DNA of 64,000 bases, taken from Eledone cirrhosa (Eukaryota). Below the pieces are notes generated by a model. The model saw nothing but the letters and a program-made list of their open reading frames with translations, searched no databases and was not told the origin of the DNA. This document shows, one piece after another, positions 40,668-54,610 of the stretch. A program made the translations under genes and the position numbers. How positions within the stretch are numbered: the first letter of the stretch is position 1; the number at the start of each line of letters is the position of its first letter. The stretch spans positions 9,549-73,548 of the forward strand of contig CAXHJY010001527.1 of assembly GCA_964016885.1 (NCBI GenBank), written 5' to 3'.

Positions 40668-42797
40668 ATCAGCTTACACACCCCAATTGGGGTTGCCAGA
40701 CGAACTTAAGGATAGGTTTTACGAGTACCTAACGCACACTACTGCTCTAACAAATGACAATGATTTCCTAATTATCGCATGAGATTTCAACAGACACGTA
40801 GGTAAACACTGTGATGGCTTCAATAGAGTCCATGGAGGCCACGGGGTTGGCACAAGAAATGAGGAAGGATTCAGACTTCTAGAATTCTGCGACGCCAATG
40901 ACATGTCGATATGTAACACAAACTTCAAAAAACCCGACAACCACCTGATCACCTATAGATCAGGGGAGCACTCTAGTCAGATAGATTCTATCCTCATCAG
41001 AGGACGTGGCAGATGGACGGTTGTAAACACAAAAGCCTTCCCTAGTGAGGAATGTACCTCCCAATTTAGCTTAGTTGTCAGCGACCTCACAGTCAGAACT
41101 AGATGAACCTGGAAACAGAGGCCAACCTGGAGAAGAAAGATCTGAAAGCTGAAAGACCCCTAGGCCAGTAACAGATTTAAAGATATTTTACTCAATGCCT
41201 ACGACAGTAAAGAAGAACAGATACAGACATTCAATGTAGAAGAGCACTGGGAGTTTCTAAAAAATAACTTACTAGAGGTGACGGATGAGGTTTGTGGCTG
41301 GAGTAAGACCACAAGCAGGAGGAGAGTGACTTGGTGGTGGAACAATAAGGTAGATGAGGCAGTTAAGGCCAAGAGACAGGCATGGAAAGAGTGGAAAAAC
41401 GGGGGAAGCAGGGTACATTACATAGAGACCAGGAGGGAAGCTAGGCGACAAGTATACTTAGCTAGCAGGGAAGCAGAGGATAGGAAAATTCAAGCATGTT
41501 TTGCAATGTGAGGACCAGAAACAGGAGGTATTCAAGATTGCGAGGCAGTGTGTCAGAGATAGTTGTGATGTCATTGGAGAGAAGTGTATCTGGATTGATA
41601 AAGGTGAGCTTGCCCTCACAAGTGCTGAGAAGAGAGATGCATGGAAGAGCCATTATGATAGATTACTAAATGAGGAGAATGCATGGGAAGAAGAGACCCT
41701 ACCCCAAGTAGACCCTATAGAGGGACCAGCAGTACAAGTCAGCAGCAGCGTAGTAAGTAAGGCAATCAAAGATATGAAGATGGGGAAGGCAACCGGTCCA
41801 TCGGCTATAGCTGCTGAGATGCTGAAGGCATCTGGGTCTGTAGTTCACACTATAACCACACGTATCGTTAACCAGGTAATACTAGAAGGTGTCATACCAA
41901 AAGATTGGTGCAGTAGCATCATTGTCAACTGCTACAAAGGTAAAGGTGATGCACTAGATAGAGGAAACTATAGAGGTATAAAGCTGATGGACCAGGTCAT
42001 GAAAGTAACAGAAAGAGTTATAGCACAGTTGATTAGGAACCTCAAAATGAAAGGCAGACTGTATGTTGCGTGTATCCGAACAGCAATGTTACATGGTAGT
42101 GAGACCAGGGCACTGAAGGTGGAAGACTTACGTAGATTAGAAAGAAACGAAGCCTGCATGCTCCGATGGATGTGTAATAGTAATATATGCGAACGGCAAA
42201 GCATAAATGAATTGAGAGAGAGACTGAGCATAAGAGGAATCAAATGATGTGTGCAGGGGAGGCGGTTGCGTTGGTATGGACATGTGATGCGTAAGAAGGA
42301 TGACAGATGCATAAAAAGGTGCAGAGCACTAGAAGTCAATGGAAACCGCGGAGTGGGGAGACCCAAGAAGACCTGGGATGAGGTGATAAAAGCCGACCTT
42401 ACCCAATTACACCTCTCAAAGGTGATGACACGACCGTAACCTCTGGCGTCACGCAGTAATACAGAGTACCCGTCCTCCCATGGGTACAAGCTGAAGCATA
42501 TAGACAATATGCCCCCACACCCACCCACTGCAAAGTGGTCGTGGAGGTGCCATGGCAAAAAAGCACTCAGCCCACACTGTAAAGTGGACGTGTAGGCGCC
42601 AGGGAAAAAAGCACCCAACACTCACTGTAAATGAGGTTGGTGTTAGGAAGGGCATCCAGCTGTAGAAATCAAGCCAAAATTAGTTCCTGTATGAGCAAGG
42701 CATGGTCAGCTGACCAGACACTGCAGGTTGTCCACAACAGGACAACCCGTCTAACCCATGCTAGCATGGAAGAACGGACGTAAAACGCTGATGATGA
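40668..42797 (+). mobile_element. Decayed RTE LINE with most of the RT deleted
   Basis: APE C-half and linker, then a jump from IAQLIR to NLKMKGRLY at ~42037; 3' UTR and (GAT)n tail. Confidence 0.9.
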
Positions 42798-43178
42798 TAT
42801 ATATTTGGTTTGCAAGGTTTTTGATATGAAATCGTGTCAAAACAAATATTGTTATACTTGGGGAGGGTCATATTGTTGTAATAATATTGCCAGAATTAAT
42901 AACAGAACACACTGTTTGGTTGGTTTTCGCTTCTGTATCTTTTATATCAGTTAATTTATTCAGTCCTGAAAGAATCGCTGCTTTCACATTTAATGAGATC
43001 TTCAGAAGATCCCGTTAAGGGTGAAAGCAGCGATTCTTTGCTTAAACTTTAATCTGTTATTTTAATAAATATTTGCTCTACGGTTCTTATATATTTGATA
43101 TATATTTATCCTTATCGAGCCTTCTTTGGATTTTAGTCTTCAAATTTATTATTACTATATAAATATATATATATAAAT

Positions 43179-43235
<57 letters not shown>

Positions 43236-43236
43236 T

Positions 43237-44858
43237 AAGGTAAAGGGGATGCTCTGGAGAGGAACAATTATAGGGGCATAAAGCTGATGGATCAGGTTAT
43301 GAAAGTGGCAGAGAGAATATTAGCGCAGCTGATTAGAGAAAGGGTCAGACCAGATGAGATGCAGTTTGGTTTTGTGCCTCGGAAAAGTACAACAGATGCC
43401 CTCTTCTTAGTGAGGCAACTATAAGAGAGGTTCTTAGAGAAGAATAAGCCACTATACTTAGCTTTTGTTGACCTAGGGAAGGCCTTTGATAGGGTAACCC
43501 AATCTGTCATCTGATGGTCCCTATGGAAACTAGGTGTAGATGAATAGCTTGTGAGGACAGTGCAAGCTATGTACAGGGGTGCTGTCAGTAAAGTGAGAAT
43601 AGGAATGGAGTTTAGTGAGGAATTCCAGATACAAGCAGGTGTACATCAAGGTTCGGTCCTCAGCCCTCTCTTGTTTATTATAGTACTCCAAGCTATAACA
43701 GAAGAGTTTAAGACTGGATGCCCATGGGAACTTCTCTATGCTGATGATCTGGTTCTTATAGCAGAATCAGTTGAGGAGCTAGAGAATAAATTCTGGCTAT
43801 GGAAACAGCAGTTGGAATCAAGAGGCCTGAGAGTGAACATAGCTTAAACAAAAGTGTTGATCAGTAGAAAAGAGGACAATACTCTGATTCCATCAGGGAA
43901 ATGGCCATGTTCGATATGTGGGAAAGGAACTGGCATAAATTCCATAAAATGTACGCAATGCAGATCTTGGGTAAACAAGAGATATAGTGGGATAGCAGGC
44001 AGACCATCAGGTAGGGAAAACTAAGTATGCAGTAGATGTACAGGGAAAGTTGGAAGTAGTAATCGCAGTGATAGACACATTTTTCAAATGCAGGTAGTTT
44101 CTATAAAAGTGGTTGATAGCTTCCGGTACCAAGGTGATCAGATTAGCATCAGAGGGGGGTATTCCGAGGCCATAGTATCTAGAATAAGGAAGGGTTGGAA
44201 GAAGTTTAGGGAGCTGCTTTCTCTGTTGACAAAGAAGGGTTTCTCCCTGCATACGAGAGGACGGTTATATGATGCCTGTTTGAGATGCGCGATGCTGCAT
44301 GGTAGTAAGACATGGGCAGCAACTGCAAAGGATATGCGACAGTTGGAGAGAAATGAAGCAAGCTTGCTCCATTGGATGTGCAATGTCAACATATGCGAAC
44401 GACCAAACATAGACGAGTTGAGAAGGAAACTAGGTATTAGAGGGATAAGTTGTGGTGTGCAGGAGAGAAGACTGAGATGGTATGGACATGTGATGTGCAT
44501 GGAGGATTACTGCTGGGTAAAGAAGTGCCAAGAAATACCAGTTGAAGGTAGACACAGTAGAGGAAGACCACGACAAACATGGGCGGAGGTGGGGAGAGCA
44601 GACCTCAGATCACTGAAACTCACCGAGGAGATGACGGAGGACCGTGACAAGTGGAGAGATACTGTGCTGAGTAAGACCCGTCCCACCCTTGCAAGCTGAT
44701 CCGTCAGTTTTATACCCCTATAATTGCTCCTCTCCAGAGTATCCCCTTTACCTTTGTAGCAATTTATGTGACTACTGTCACATAAAGTGGAGAGATGCTG
44801 AATAGGACTTATCCCACCCTTGCAAGCAGGGAAATACGGCCGTAAAATGATGATGATG
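43237..44858 (+). mobile_element. 5'-truncated RTE LINE (mirror of 5858-7308) with a rearranged 3' end
   Basis: QGSVLSP, YADD, RRLRWYGHV; duplicated terminus. Confidence 0.9.
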
Positions 44859-46861
44859 ATATATATATATATACTATATATACTAGTATTCAAATGTTCA
44901 GGGAGAGACCGATAACATTGTTAGAACTCATTGCAGCCTTGAAGAGATGGTTTCCACAAGATTGGGTGATGAAAGTTATAGTTTTTGTAGTAGGATCTCA
45001 TCACATAAGGTTCCTTCAAAGATTCCTCTAGAGTTACAGTCATTTATATATATGTGTGTTTTGAACAATGAAAGTAAAACTAGAGACAAAGATATGTTCT
45101 TAATTAGTTCACTGTTTTACGATCATTTCAGAGGTTTGATTGATCATGGTAGATTGTTATATTGACAAACAGGTAGTTGTTATGTCACTAACTATTTCTA
45201 GTCTCAAAATCCCTGATCAATCACACCATATCAATATATTGATTTACCATGATCAATCAACCCTCTGAAACGATAGTAAAACAATGAACCATATCTCAGA
45301 CTTTTGTTTTATTTTAAATGTTCAATACCCACAAACACATATATAATTGACAATTTCTTTGGAATACTTGATGAGATTTGGGGCTGGAACAAAGTATCAG
45401 CCAGACAGAGGGAGACCTAGTGGTGAAACAGCACAGTAGATAGAGCTATTAACCCTGTAGCATTTACATTACTCTATATTTATTATTATATTTTCATGGT
45501 AAAGTCTTTATCTCACATAATATTGAATCTATGAGACTTTGATATTACTTATTTTGAGGACAATACATTAACATCAATATGAGCAGCGAGTTACAGCCAG
45601 TTTGAACAGAAGGAGGTGAGAGAATTCTGGCTGGATACGGCCAGTTTAAATGATAAAGGGTTAAAGATAAGTGACAGGCATGGAAAGACTAGAAAAATAA
45701 GGGTATCAGACAAGGACCAGGTAGCTAAGAGAGAAGCTAGAAGACAGGTATACATAACACAGAGAGAGGCTGAAAAAAGAAAGTTTGCCAATGTCTTGAG
45801 ACGTGAGAATCAGAGGTGTGAAGTGTTCCACATTGCAAGACAGGGAAAGGTGTGTTAAAAATGACACTGGTACACTTAGCACCACTGATGCTCAAAAGAA
45901 AGAGGTCTGGAAATGTTACTATGAAAGATTGATGAATGTAGAGAATAAATTAAGAAGCAATCTTAGACTTTTGTTTTATGTTCATTGTTCAACAAACATA
46001 CACACATAATTGACATTCTCTTTGGAATTACTGATGAAACTTGTTAGTGACACAGCTACAAGAGAGGTTCCTAGCCAAGATTAAACTGCAATATTTAGCT
46101 TTTATAGATCTAGAAAAGGCCTTTGGCAGAGTACCTCACTCTGTTATCTGGTGGTCCTTCAGAAAATTAGGTGGAGAATGGCTTGTGAGAGCAGTGCATG
46201 CCATGTACTAAGGAGGTGTCAGTAAAGTGAGAGTAGGAAGGGAGTTTAGTGAGGAATTCAATGTACAGGTAGGTGTTCATCATGGTTCAGTTCACAACAC
46301 ACGTCCACTGTTGGCAAATGTTTCTCCCTACGTACAAAATGTTGGCTGTACAATACCTGTGTGTAAAGTGCAATACTGCATGGAAGTGAAACATGGGCAG
46401 TAACTGCAGAAGACATGCATAAGCTGGAGAGAAATGGAGCAACGATGCTTCGTTGGGTGTGCAACGTAAAGGTGAGAGGAAGGCAGAGCTTGGATAAAAT
46501 GAGGAAGAAATTGAGCTTCAGAGGAAACCGAAGTGGTGTGCAAAGAGAAGACTGCTTTGGTAGGGATGTGTGATATGCATGGATGGTGATCACTGGTTAA
46601 AGAAGTGCCATGGAATACCAGAGGAGGGAAGCCGTACTAGAGGTAGACCAGGGTAGATGTGGTGAGAGCTGATCTCAAATTGCTGAGATTCACAAAGGAG
46701 ATAACGAAGGAGCAAGCGAGTGGGAGATGCTGTGCTTAAAAGAACCCATCCAACCCATTCCAGGATTGAAAAACGGACGTAAAATTATGATGATGTAGAT
46801 GAAGTAAATTATATCAAAACAGATTTAGAATAAAACGAACAAAACTTCCCTGAAACAACAA

Positions 46862-47180
46862 CAAGGTACAGCTATATATAAACTATATTTTATAATGTAA
46901 GGTAGTGAACGACATAATTAAATAGACGGAGATAATTTAAATAATAAAGATATCTTTAATTTACTTAAAGCAATAACAAGGTAGAGTTAAATATAAACTA
47001 TATTTTATAATGTAAGGTAGTGAACGACATAATTAAATAGACGGAGATAATTTAAATAATAAAGATATCTTTAATTTACTTAAAGCAATAACAAGGTACA
47101 GCTAAATATAAACTATATGTTATAATGTAAGGTAGTGAACAAGATAAGCAAATAGACGGAGGTAATTTAAATAATAAAGA
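46862..47180. repeat. ~115-bp tandem repeat, about 3 copies
   Basis: aaactatattttataatgtaaggtagtgaac at ~46880, 46996, 47110. Confidence 0.85.
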
Positions 47181-47710
47181 CAGTCATGATAACAATATAT
47201 TTTATATCACATGTAACAGTGGAATCTGGTTAATTACTGGATCATTGTAAGGTTCAGATAATTATATTATTTACACACATTAATATAGACATTAAGTAAA
47301 TCTTTGTCAACTTACCTCCTTCAAATATAATCAATGTGCTGAGTTGTTAGTTGTTACTAAACAACCAAAGAAATAATCTCTTTGTTATCAAGTTAGAAGT
47401 TTCAATGTTATCAGCTTTATTTCACGACATTAACGTTGGTGTATCTTCTTCATCTTTAGTCGTAAATTGATATCTTGTCAGAATGAAGTAGTGAGGCTGA
47501 CTTTATGTCTTTAGCTACAGATTAGATAGGAAATATATATATATTAGGTTGATATGTGGTCTAGAATATATATATTGTCTATAAATGACTGATAGCAGAT
47601 GTTCTGGTGAAATAGTAGTTTTACTACTACAGATTGTAATGGAACTCTTAGTAGACACAATTGTAAAGTAAGAATAGATATGACAGTGTAAGACTGATGG
47701 CGGGGAATTA

Positions 47711-47760
<50 letters not shown>

Positions 47761-48028
47761 GTTACACAAGATATAATTTGATTAATTAAAGTTATAATGA
47801 AGACAGCAGGTACGCGGTGTCGTTGAGAATGTTTCAACTCTCTTAACGGTGTCATTATTTAAAAGTCCCTGATATAATTTAATACCTTCAGACACAGTTC
47901 CAATCGTATTTAATTAATTGTAAATCAGAAATTATCATTCAGTAAAATATCAATTATATATCAATAAGAAAACCTCTACGTAGTCTCTCTCACTGCTAGA
48001 AATAGCAGTGATATTATCCATTACAACT
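47150..48028 (-). promoter_or_regulatory. Block A copy 4: putative promoter/5'UTR exons of the - strand ZNF gene (donor at 47315)
   Basis: Reverse complement of 2127-2975; GAG|GTAAGT conserved; function inferred. Confidence 0.45.
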
Positions 48029-48467
48029 GCTCTCTCTATATATATACGAGTATATATATGTACACACACACACACATATATGTATGTATGTATATGTGTA
48101 TATATGGGTATGTATGAGTGTGTCTGTGTGTTTGCACGTATGTATGGTGTGTATATGTGTACATAAGGTTTTCGTATATGTATGTTTGGTGATCATATGT
48201 GTATTTACCTGTAGGTATGTGTGAGTGTGCGTTCTATACGCATTTATGCGTATATATTTATATATGTGTATATAATTCTATATATATACACACACACAAA
48301 CATATATTTATATATGTATTTGGTGTATACGTGTGCAGGTATATGTGTCGCCCCGGTTTACGTCCGTGTGCGCGTGTTTATGTGTACGTGCATGTATATG
48401 CATGCATGGCGTGAGTTTTCGCATATGCACGTGTATAAATGTCTGTATGCATATATTTAATTATTAC

Positions 48468-49596
48468 TATCAGCAGGACCCGGCGTTGCACGGGGTAGGA
48501 AACATGAAATAGCAACACGCATATGCAAAGATTGAGGAATGTAGCTGTATACTTTTTGAATTCATTTATTCTCAGGGACTGATTGTTCATCTACTGGAAA
48601 CGTAGAACACCAGCAGGCAGAATCCAGTAGTAGCGGTGTCAGTGGGTTGATTGCAGAAATCCTGTATGCCAAAAGAGTAAGTAAGTGTTGTAGGGCGATG
48701 TATGTCGTAAGTCTGTTCACAAATTACGTCACAGTTGGGGAACACACGTCAGTCTGAAGGAGCGACGTAGTCAATTGTGTGAAAACCAAGTAGGGATGTA
48801 CATTTAAGTAGGGATATTGAGATGACGAAATCAGCGTGGCAACGCAGCTGCAGCAGAAGGGCGTCATAGTGCAATTAGCACAAACACTGGGCGGCACTGG
48901 TTTACACAGCAACAAAGGTGCGACAAAAGGAGTTAGTGTGGAATTTGCACAACCGCTGTTCAGCGTACTTGCGCAGGAAGTTCATACTGCAGTGTAGGTG
49001 CAACAAAAGGGTTCTTAGTAGAAGTAGCACAGGCGTGAGTTTTACGGTGTCAATAACACGTCAACGTACACAGGGCCCGGATTTGTGCGTGATGAAAGTA
49101 CGAAGCGTCAACAGGGTGCTGACAAATATTTTAAGGTCCTCCTGATTTCCTCAACCCCAAGAAAATGATCCTGCTTAAAAGTAAGTAAGTGTTGTGTCCT
49201 CTGTTAAATAAACCAAATTTTTTAACGAAATATTATAGGTTACTTACGATGTTTAAGTAGTGTTTATATTGAAAATTAAAAAGGCATATAATGCCCAATG
49301 CTAATTCGTAAATTTCCTAGAAACCATTAATGGAATCGGAGATCTTTTTGTCCACAGTAATGTGAGGGGACTACCGAATGTGTGCTGCAAATTTCGAGGA
49401 ATTTGGTTGGATTATCTTTAAGTAACGCCTCAAAATAGACTAAAAATACCTTTAAAAATGCGGTTTTTCGCCTAGGGCAGAAAAAGTTAACATTTTTTTA
49501 GCCTATTGCACTTCAAGCAATATAAGTAACGTATGTGTAAAGTTTAAAAAGGTCGGTTGGGTACTTCTCGAGTTTTAGGGATTTACACAGACATTC

Positions 49597-49602
<6 letters not shown>
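48468..49602 (+). mobile_element. Helentron/HINE-like element with a GC-richer internal segment
   Basis: cagcaggacccggcgttgcacggg start; tcggttgggtacttctcgagttttaggg...cagacattctgttt(TA)n end shared with the 13434 and 35128 copies. Confidence 0.55.
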
Positions 49603-49640
<38 letters not shown>

Positions 49641-49739
49641 GTCAACTCTTGCTAGGAGGGAAAGTGGACATTTAAAACAACAACCTGCAAAATTTTATAT
49701 AGACTTTTGTCTATTTCCATGCCAGTATGGATTGAATGT

Positions 49740-49788
49740 GTGTCACTGATGAAAGATTAACAAATCTTGAAACAACACTGTCTGGTAT
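49740..49788 (+). ncRNA. Compact canonical type-I hammerhead ribozyme motif
   Basis: gtgtca-CTGATGA-aagatt(aaca)aatctt-GAAACa(acac)tGTC-tggtat. Confidence 0.78.
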
Positions 49789-50679
49789 CCTTGAGTGGAC
49801 TGGCAACTCTGTTATATATTATTAGAGGAAAATAGAGACAAATAAATTGCTTTGTTACGAAAAAATAATTTTCTTTGATAGCAAGTCTACTAAAATGAAC
49901 ATGTTTTCATCTGCACCCCTAAAAGGCGTTAGATAGAAATCTGATTTTATTTTATTGCATCTCTCCCTCTCTTTTTCTTGCTCTATCTCTCCTCTCTCTC
50001 TTTCTTGCTGACTCTCTCTCCCACTTCTACTCAATGAATTCCTATACAAGGTTCTCTTATTCCATTGTTTACTTTCAACTACCCCCAGTATGTGAGTGGG
50101 CAGAAATAAATAAAAGTTTGAGAAACTTGTTGAAACTATAAAACGAATGAAATGGTAAAAATGCATTACATAATGGAGTTGTGAAACAAAAACTATATTT
50201 TAAACGACACTTAAAATATTTTAAACATCAAAATATTAAAACTTCATAAATATATTTAATACTCATGAGTATTTCAAAACCACACAATCTAAACATAATG
50301 TGTTGATTAGCTACCTCAGCTTATAAACGGGTTTTCGATTTTTGCCCATTTCTCAGGCATAAAATAGGAGTTTAGATTATATTTAGATCAGTTGATATTT
50401 GAGTATATATGGTAATGTCTCTGTTATGTCTAATTTAGGGAAAAGAGAAAAAATAGAGAGGATAACAAAATATCAAATTCTGGATATCACTATATATGAT
50501 TACCACATTGCTCTAGATTCAGCAACCCTAGGAAAAAGAAAAAGATGTACCATTATATTAATGACTTTCTGTTTCTATTTCAAATGACATAAACTCATTA
50601 AGCTCGGAAATGTACACACACACACACACACACACATACATAAAAAAAGAAATTAAAAGATGGTTAAAAAAGTTCCATA

Positions 50680-50749
50680 TACTTTATTATGCGCATTTCG
50701 AAAACAACATCATCTTGCGACAAAAATTGTGTTCTCATCAGATAAAATA
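50680..50749 (-). ncRNA. Type-I minimal hammerhead ribozyme motif
   Basis: tattttat-CTGATGA-gaacacaa...ttgttttc-GAAAT-gcgc-ATA-ataaagta; palindromic stem III. Confidence 0.75.
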
Positions 50750-52501
50750 AGGTAACATGATATGAGGCCTAATCGCACTTGTAAACAGGAAAGTGTCAAG
50801 TCTACATATGACAGAAATATAATAGAAAGAACAAGATAGGAAAATAGAAGGAAAGAAGGAGAAAAAGGAAAAAGAAAGAGAGGAGAGGAAAAACAAAGGA
50901 AAAAGAAAGAAGAAAGAGAGAGAGAGAGAGAGAGAGTGAGAGAGAGAGAGATAGAGAGAGAGAGACAGACTTTGGATCAGGTACACTGTCAAAATGAAAC
51001 AAGCTGTAAATAACGGTTAAAAAGTAAATTGAAGAGGTGTATGTGCGATAAAATAAAGGGGTCGATAAAATAAAGTACCAGTAATGCACTGGTTAATTGC
51101 TGGCCTTGTGCCAAAAGTAGAAACAATTATAGATGGTATTCAAATATTAGAGGTCTAAAATATAGAAACTGGGTATATTATTTTATATTGGGTTTAAATA
51201 CTAAAAATTGGATTAAGAAGTGTAAAATGTATTAATAAAATAAAATTAAAAAAAATTAAATTAAATTAAAATAAGTATAAAAAAGATTTTTACCGCAGTT
51301 AAAAATCGTGTCTGTTAAGTTGCTCCTTCACGCATCGAATGACCGGCAAATTTGAAATTCCAGCAGTTTTTGACTGAGGAAGTATTATAGCGTTACTAAG
51401 CGGGAAGGGGAGACAACTACGATCCACGAAAGGAGGAAAAACATAATATACACGCGGGTTAATCAGTTTTTTCGAAAACATTATCAATCCAACGTGTTAA
51501 GAACTCAATTCATTTAAAAAAATAAATGTATGCATGTAATTATATACATAGGCATATATATATTTTCTGAGGCTAAAAAACAGAGAAGTTACAACCAATA
51601 AAAACCACATTATCGCACAACAGTAATATATATATATATATATTTAAAAGAATAGACGTGTAACACACAAGTTATTATATATTGGTAAACGGAATAGAAA
51701 ATGCTGACAAATTGTTCACAGTGAAAAATAGTTTAATTAGGAATAAGTGAGAATTAGTAATTGTATTGGTTAGTATTCAGTTTTGGTTTTAAGTTTTACT
51801 GGTTGCGCATTTCTAATGCTTTTCAAAAATAATTTTGAGATAGAGCGTCCGTGATGTTTGCTCTGATCAGAGCAACCTCTCTAATTTTGAGGCAAGCCAG
51901 CACACTGGCAGCGTAGCCTCGGGTGATGGCGAGGCTGATGCGCTGAAATATTGTTAACTTTGCCTTTCATCCTTACGGGTTCGATAAATAAAGTACCAGT
52001 AATGCCAAAAGTAGAAACAACTATTTTAATAACCTCTGTCATTTTCGTTTAAAATTTTATTTACATCATTCTTAAACTCCGGGGCTGGAAATCATTCGGT
52101 TATTTTAAATAGAATATTAATCTAACGACTCCATTTACACCATAAACTTGGTCTTGTCTTTGCATGAAATTGTTCTTCGGTCCACCGCGTCGTTTATAAC
52201 GTAACATAAAGAGATAAGAAAGTGACGCCAGAAAAGGGAAATAACTCGTCTCTCATCTCTATTTATACATTTGAACTGAAAGATCAATATATTACAAATT
52301 CGATTTTTGCACTTAGCGTGAGTCGATTTGAATATTTTTTTGACCGATGTTTCCGCTGGACCTTCATCTATGAGTGTAGCAATTTCACCGAAATTTGAAC
52401 GTACGGTTTAAGAGGAGATGTGAACCGACGGATTTAGTAGACAGATAGACACACAGACAGACGGACAGGCAGACAGACATACAGACAGACAACCTCAGTT
52501 T

Positions 52502-52528
52502 TATATATGTATATATATAATATATATA

Positions 52529-52596
<68 letters not shown>

Positions 52597-52624
52597 TATA
52601 TATATATATATATGCATATATATA

Positions 52625-52663
<39 letters not shown>

Positions 52664-52680
52664 GCATATATATATATATA

Positions 52681-52745
<65 letters not shown>

Positions 52746-52803
52746 GCATATATATATATATATATATGCATATATATATATATGCATATATATATATATA
52801 TGC

Positions 52804-52862
<59 letters not shown>

Positions 52863-52880
52863 TATATATATATATATATA

Positions 52881-52918
<38 letters not shown>

Positions 52919-52952
52919 TATATATATATATATGCATATATATATATATATG

Positions 52953-52994
<42 letters not shown>

Positions 52995-53012
52995 TATATA
53001 TATATATGTATG

Positions 53013-53074
<62 letters not shown>

Positions 53075-53140
53075 TATATATATATATATGCATATATATA
53101 TATATATATGCATATATATATATATATGCATATATATATA

Positions 53141-53212
<72 letters not shown>

Positions 53213-53215
53213 TAT
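52502..53215. repeat. (TA)n array punctuated by TGCA
   Basis: Directly visible. Confidence 0.95.
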
Positions 53216-53822
53216 GGTGGCTGCCAACTCGTTTTCGAGTACGGCCACTACTTTATATCCATGTAGGAGAACCCCTACCAATGCGCTGAACGAGTGTGAC
53301 TTTTTAGTCCAGCCAGCGACTTGAAAACTCTGGTACAAACACTACACTTGTGACAATTATTGACACATAGTGCTGGGCCCATGGTACCATGTGACGACAA
53401 GTGCAGAGAGATCTCCAGATATAAAGCAATGCCTGTGCCGTGAAGCTTTTATAGTGAGCAAAGGCACTGCACAAAGCCAGTCCCACTCTCTTAACCAAGA
53501 TGATATTTACCAAAAAGAAGAACAAGTCAACATCATTGGATACCATCAGAGTTGCAGGTGTTATATCAGAGTTTTCCTTCTCCTAGAATTCTGCCTTGAC
53601 AAAGGCTAAGGGGTCATCTCTCCGGTGATTTTGGATGGCCATTGACTCTTAAGAGCTCCTTTGCCCTTTGACAGGTTTTGTTTTTAGTCCTGCAGGATGT
53701 CCAAAGTCACCCTCCTCACCAAGAAACCTTGGTGGGGTTGCCAGTTTAGTCGCCAACGACCCGACCATGAGACAGGTTGTACTGGGATACATGTTACCAG
53801 TAGCACCAACTAGTGACCTGAC
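53216..53822 (-). mobile_element. Probable 5' UTR fragment of a second non-LTR (RTE-like) family
   Basis: GC-balanced island within (TA)n; minus-strand ctaggagaaggaaaactctga motif recalled from RTE-type 5' UTRs; structured 5' end. Confidence 0.4.
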
Positions 53823-53825
53823 ATA

Positions 53826-54112
<287 letters not shown>

Positions 54113-54141
54113 ATTATGTAATAAACAACATAAGGCAATTA

Positions 54142-54201
54142 TTCCATTTACCAGTGGTTTCTTAAAAGCAAAAGGTTTTGCTTTCAATCCTCAGAATGAA
54201 A
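54142..54201 (-). ncRNA. Hammerhead ribozyme motif (inverted pLTR copy)
   Basis: Exact reverse complement of 56598-56657. Confidence 0.8.
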
Positions 54202-54485
54202 AATCCTGGTTTGTTTATTGAATATGGATTCTAAAAACAAAAATGCAATCTATATGAAAGTGAGGCTGGAAAAGGGAAAAGGAAAGGAAAAATAAAATAA
54301 AACTACACATGCAAACACACACAAAAAAACACAAAAGCATACTTACACACACATACATGTATACACATATATATAAATGCACGCATACACATATACATAT
54401 ACACATATATATATATATAAAGAGCGTACACCTACACACACATACACATATATACACACATATACACATACATATATTCATACAT

Positions 54486-54524
<39 letters not shown>

Positions 54525-54557
54525 TACACACACACATATATATACACATGTACATAT

Positions 54558-54610
<53 letters not shown>

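Larger units (their letters stand above)
18428..48028 (-). repeat. Right arm of the inverted duplication, interrupted by arm-specific sequence at 20918-22378, 28371-34670 and 34738-43236
   Basis: Same order of ZNF gene, maT remnant, SINEs and RTE fragments as the left arm, inverted; homology ends at ...tccattacaact 48028. Confidence 0.9.
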
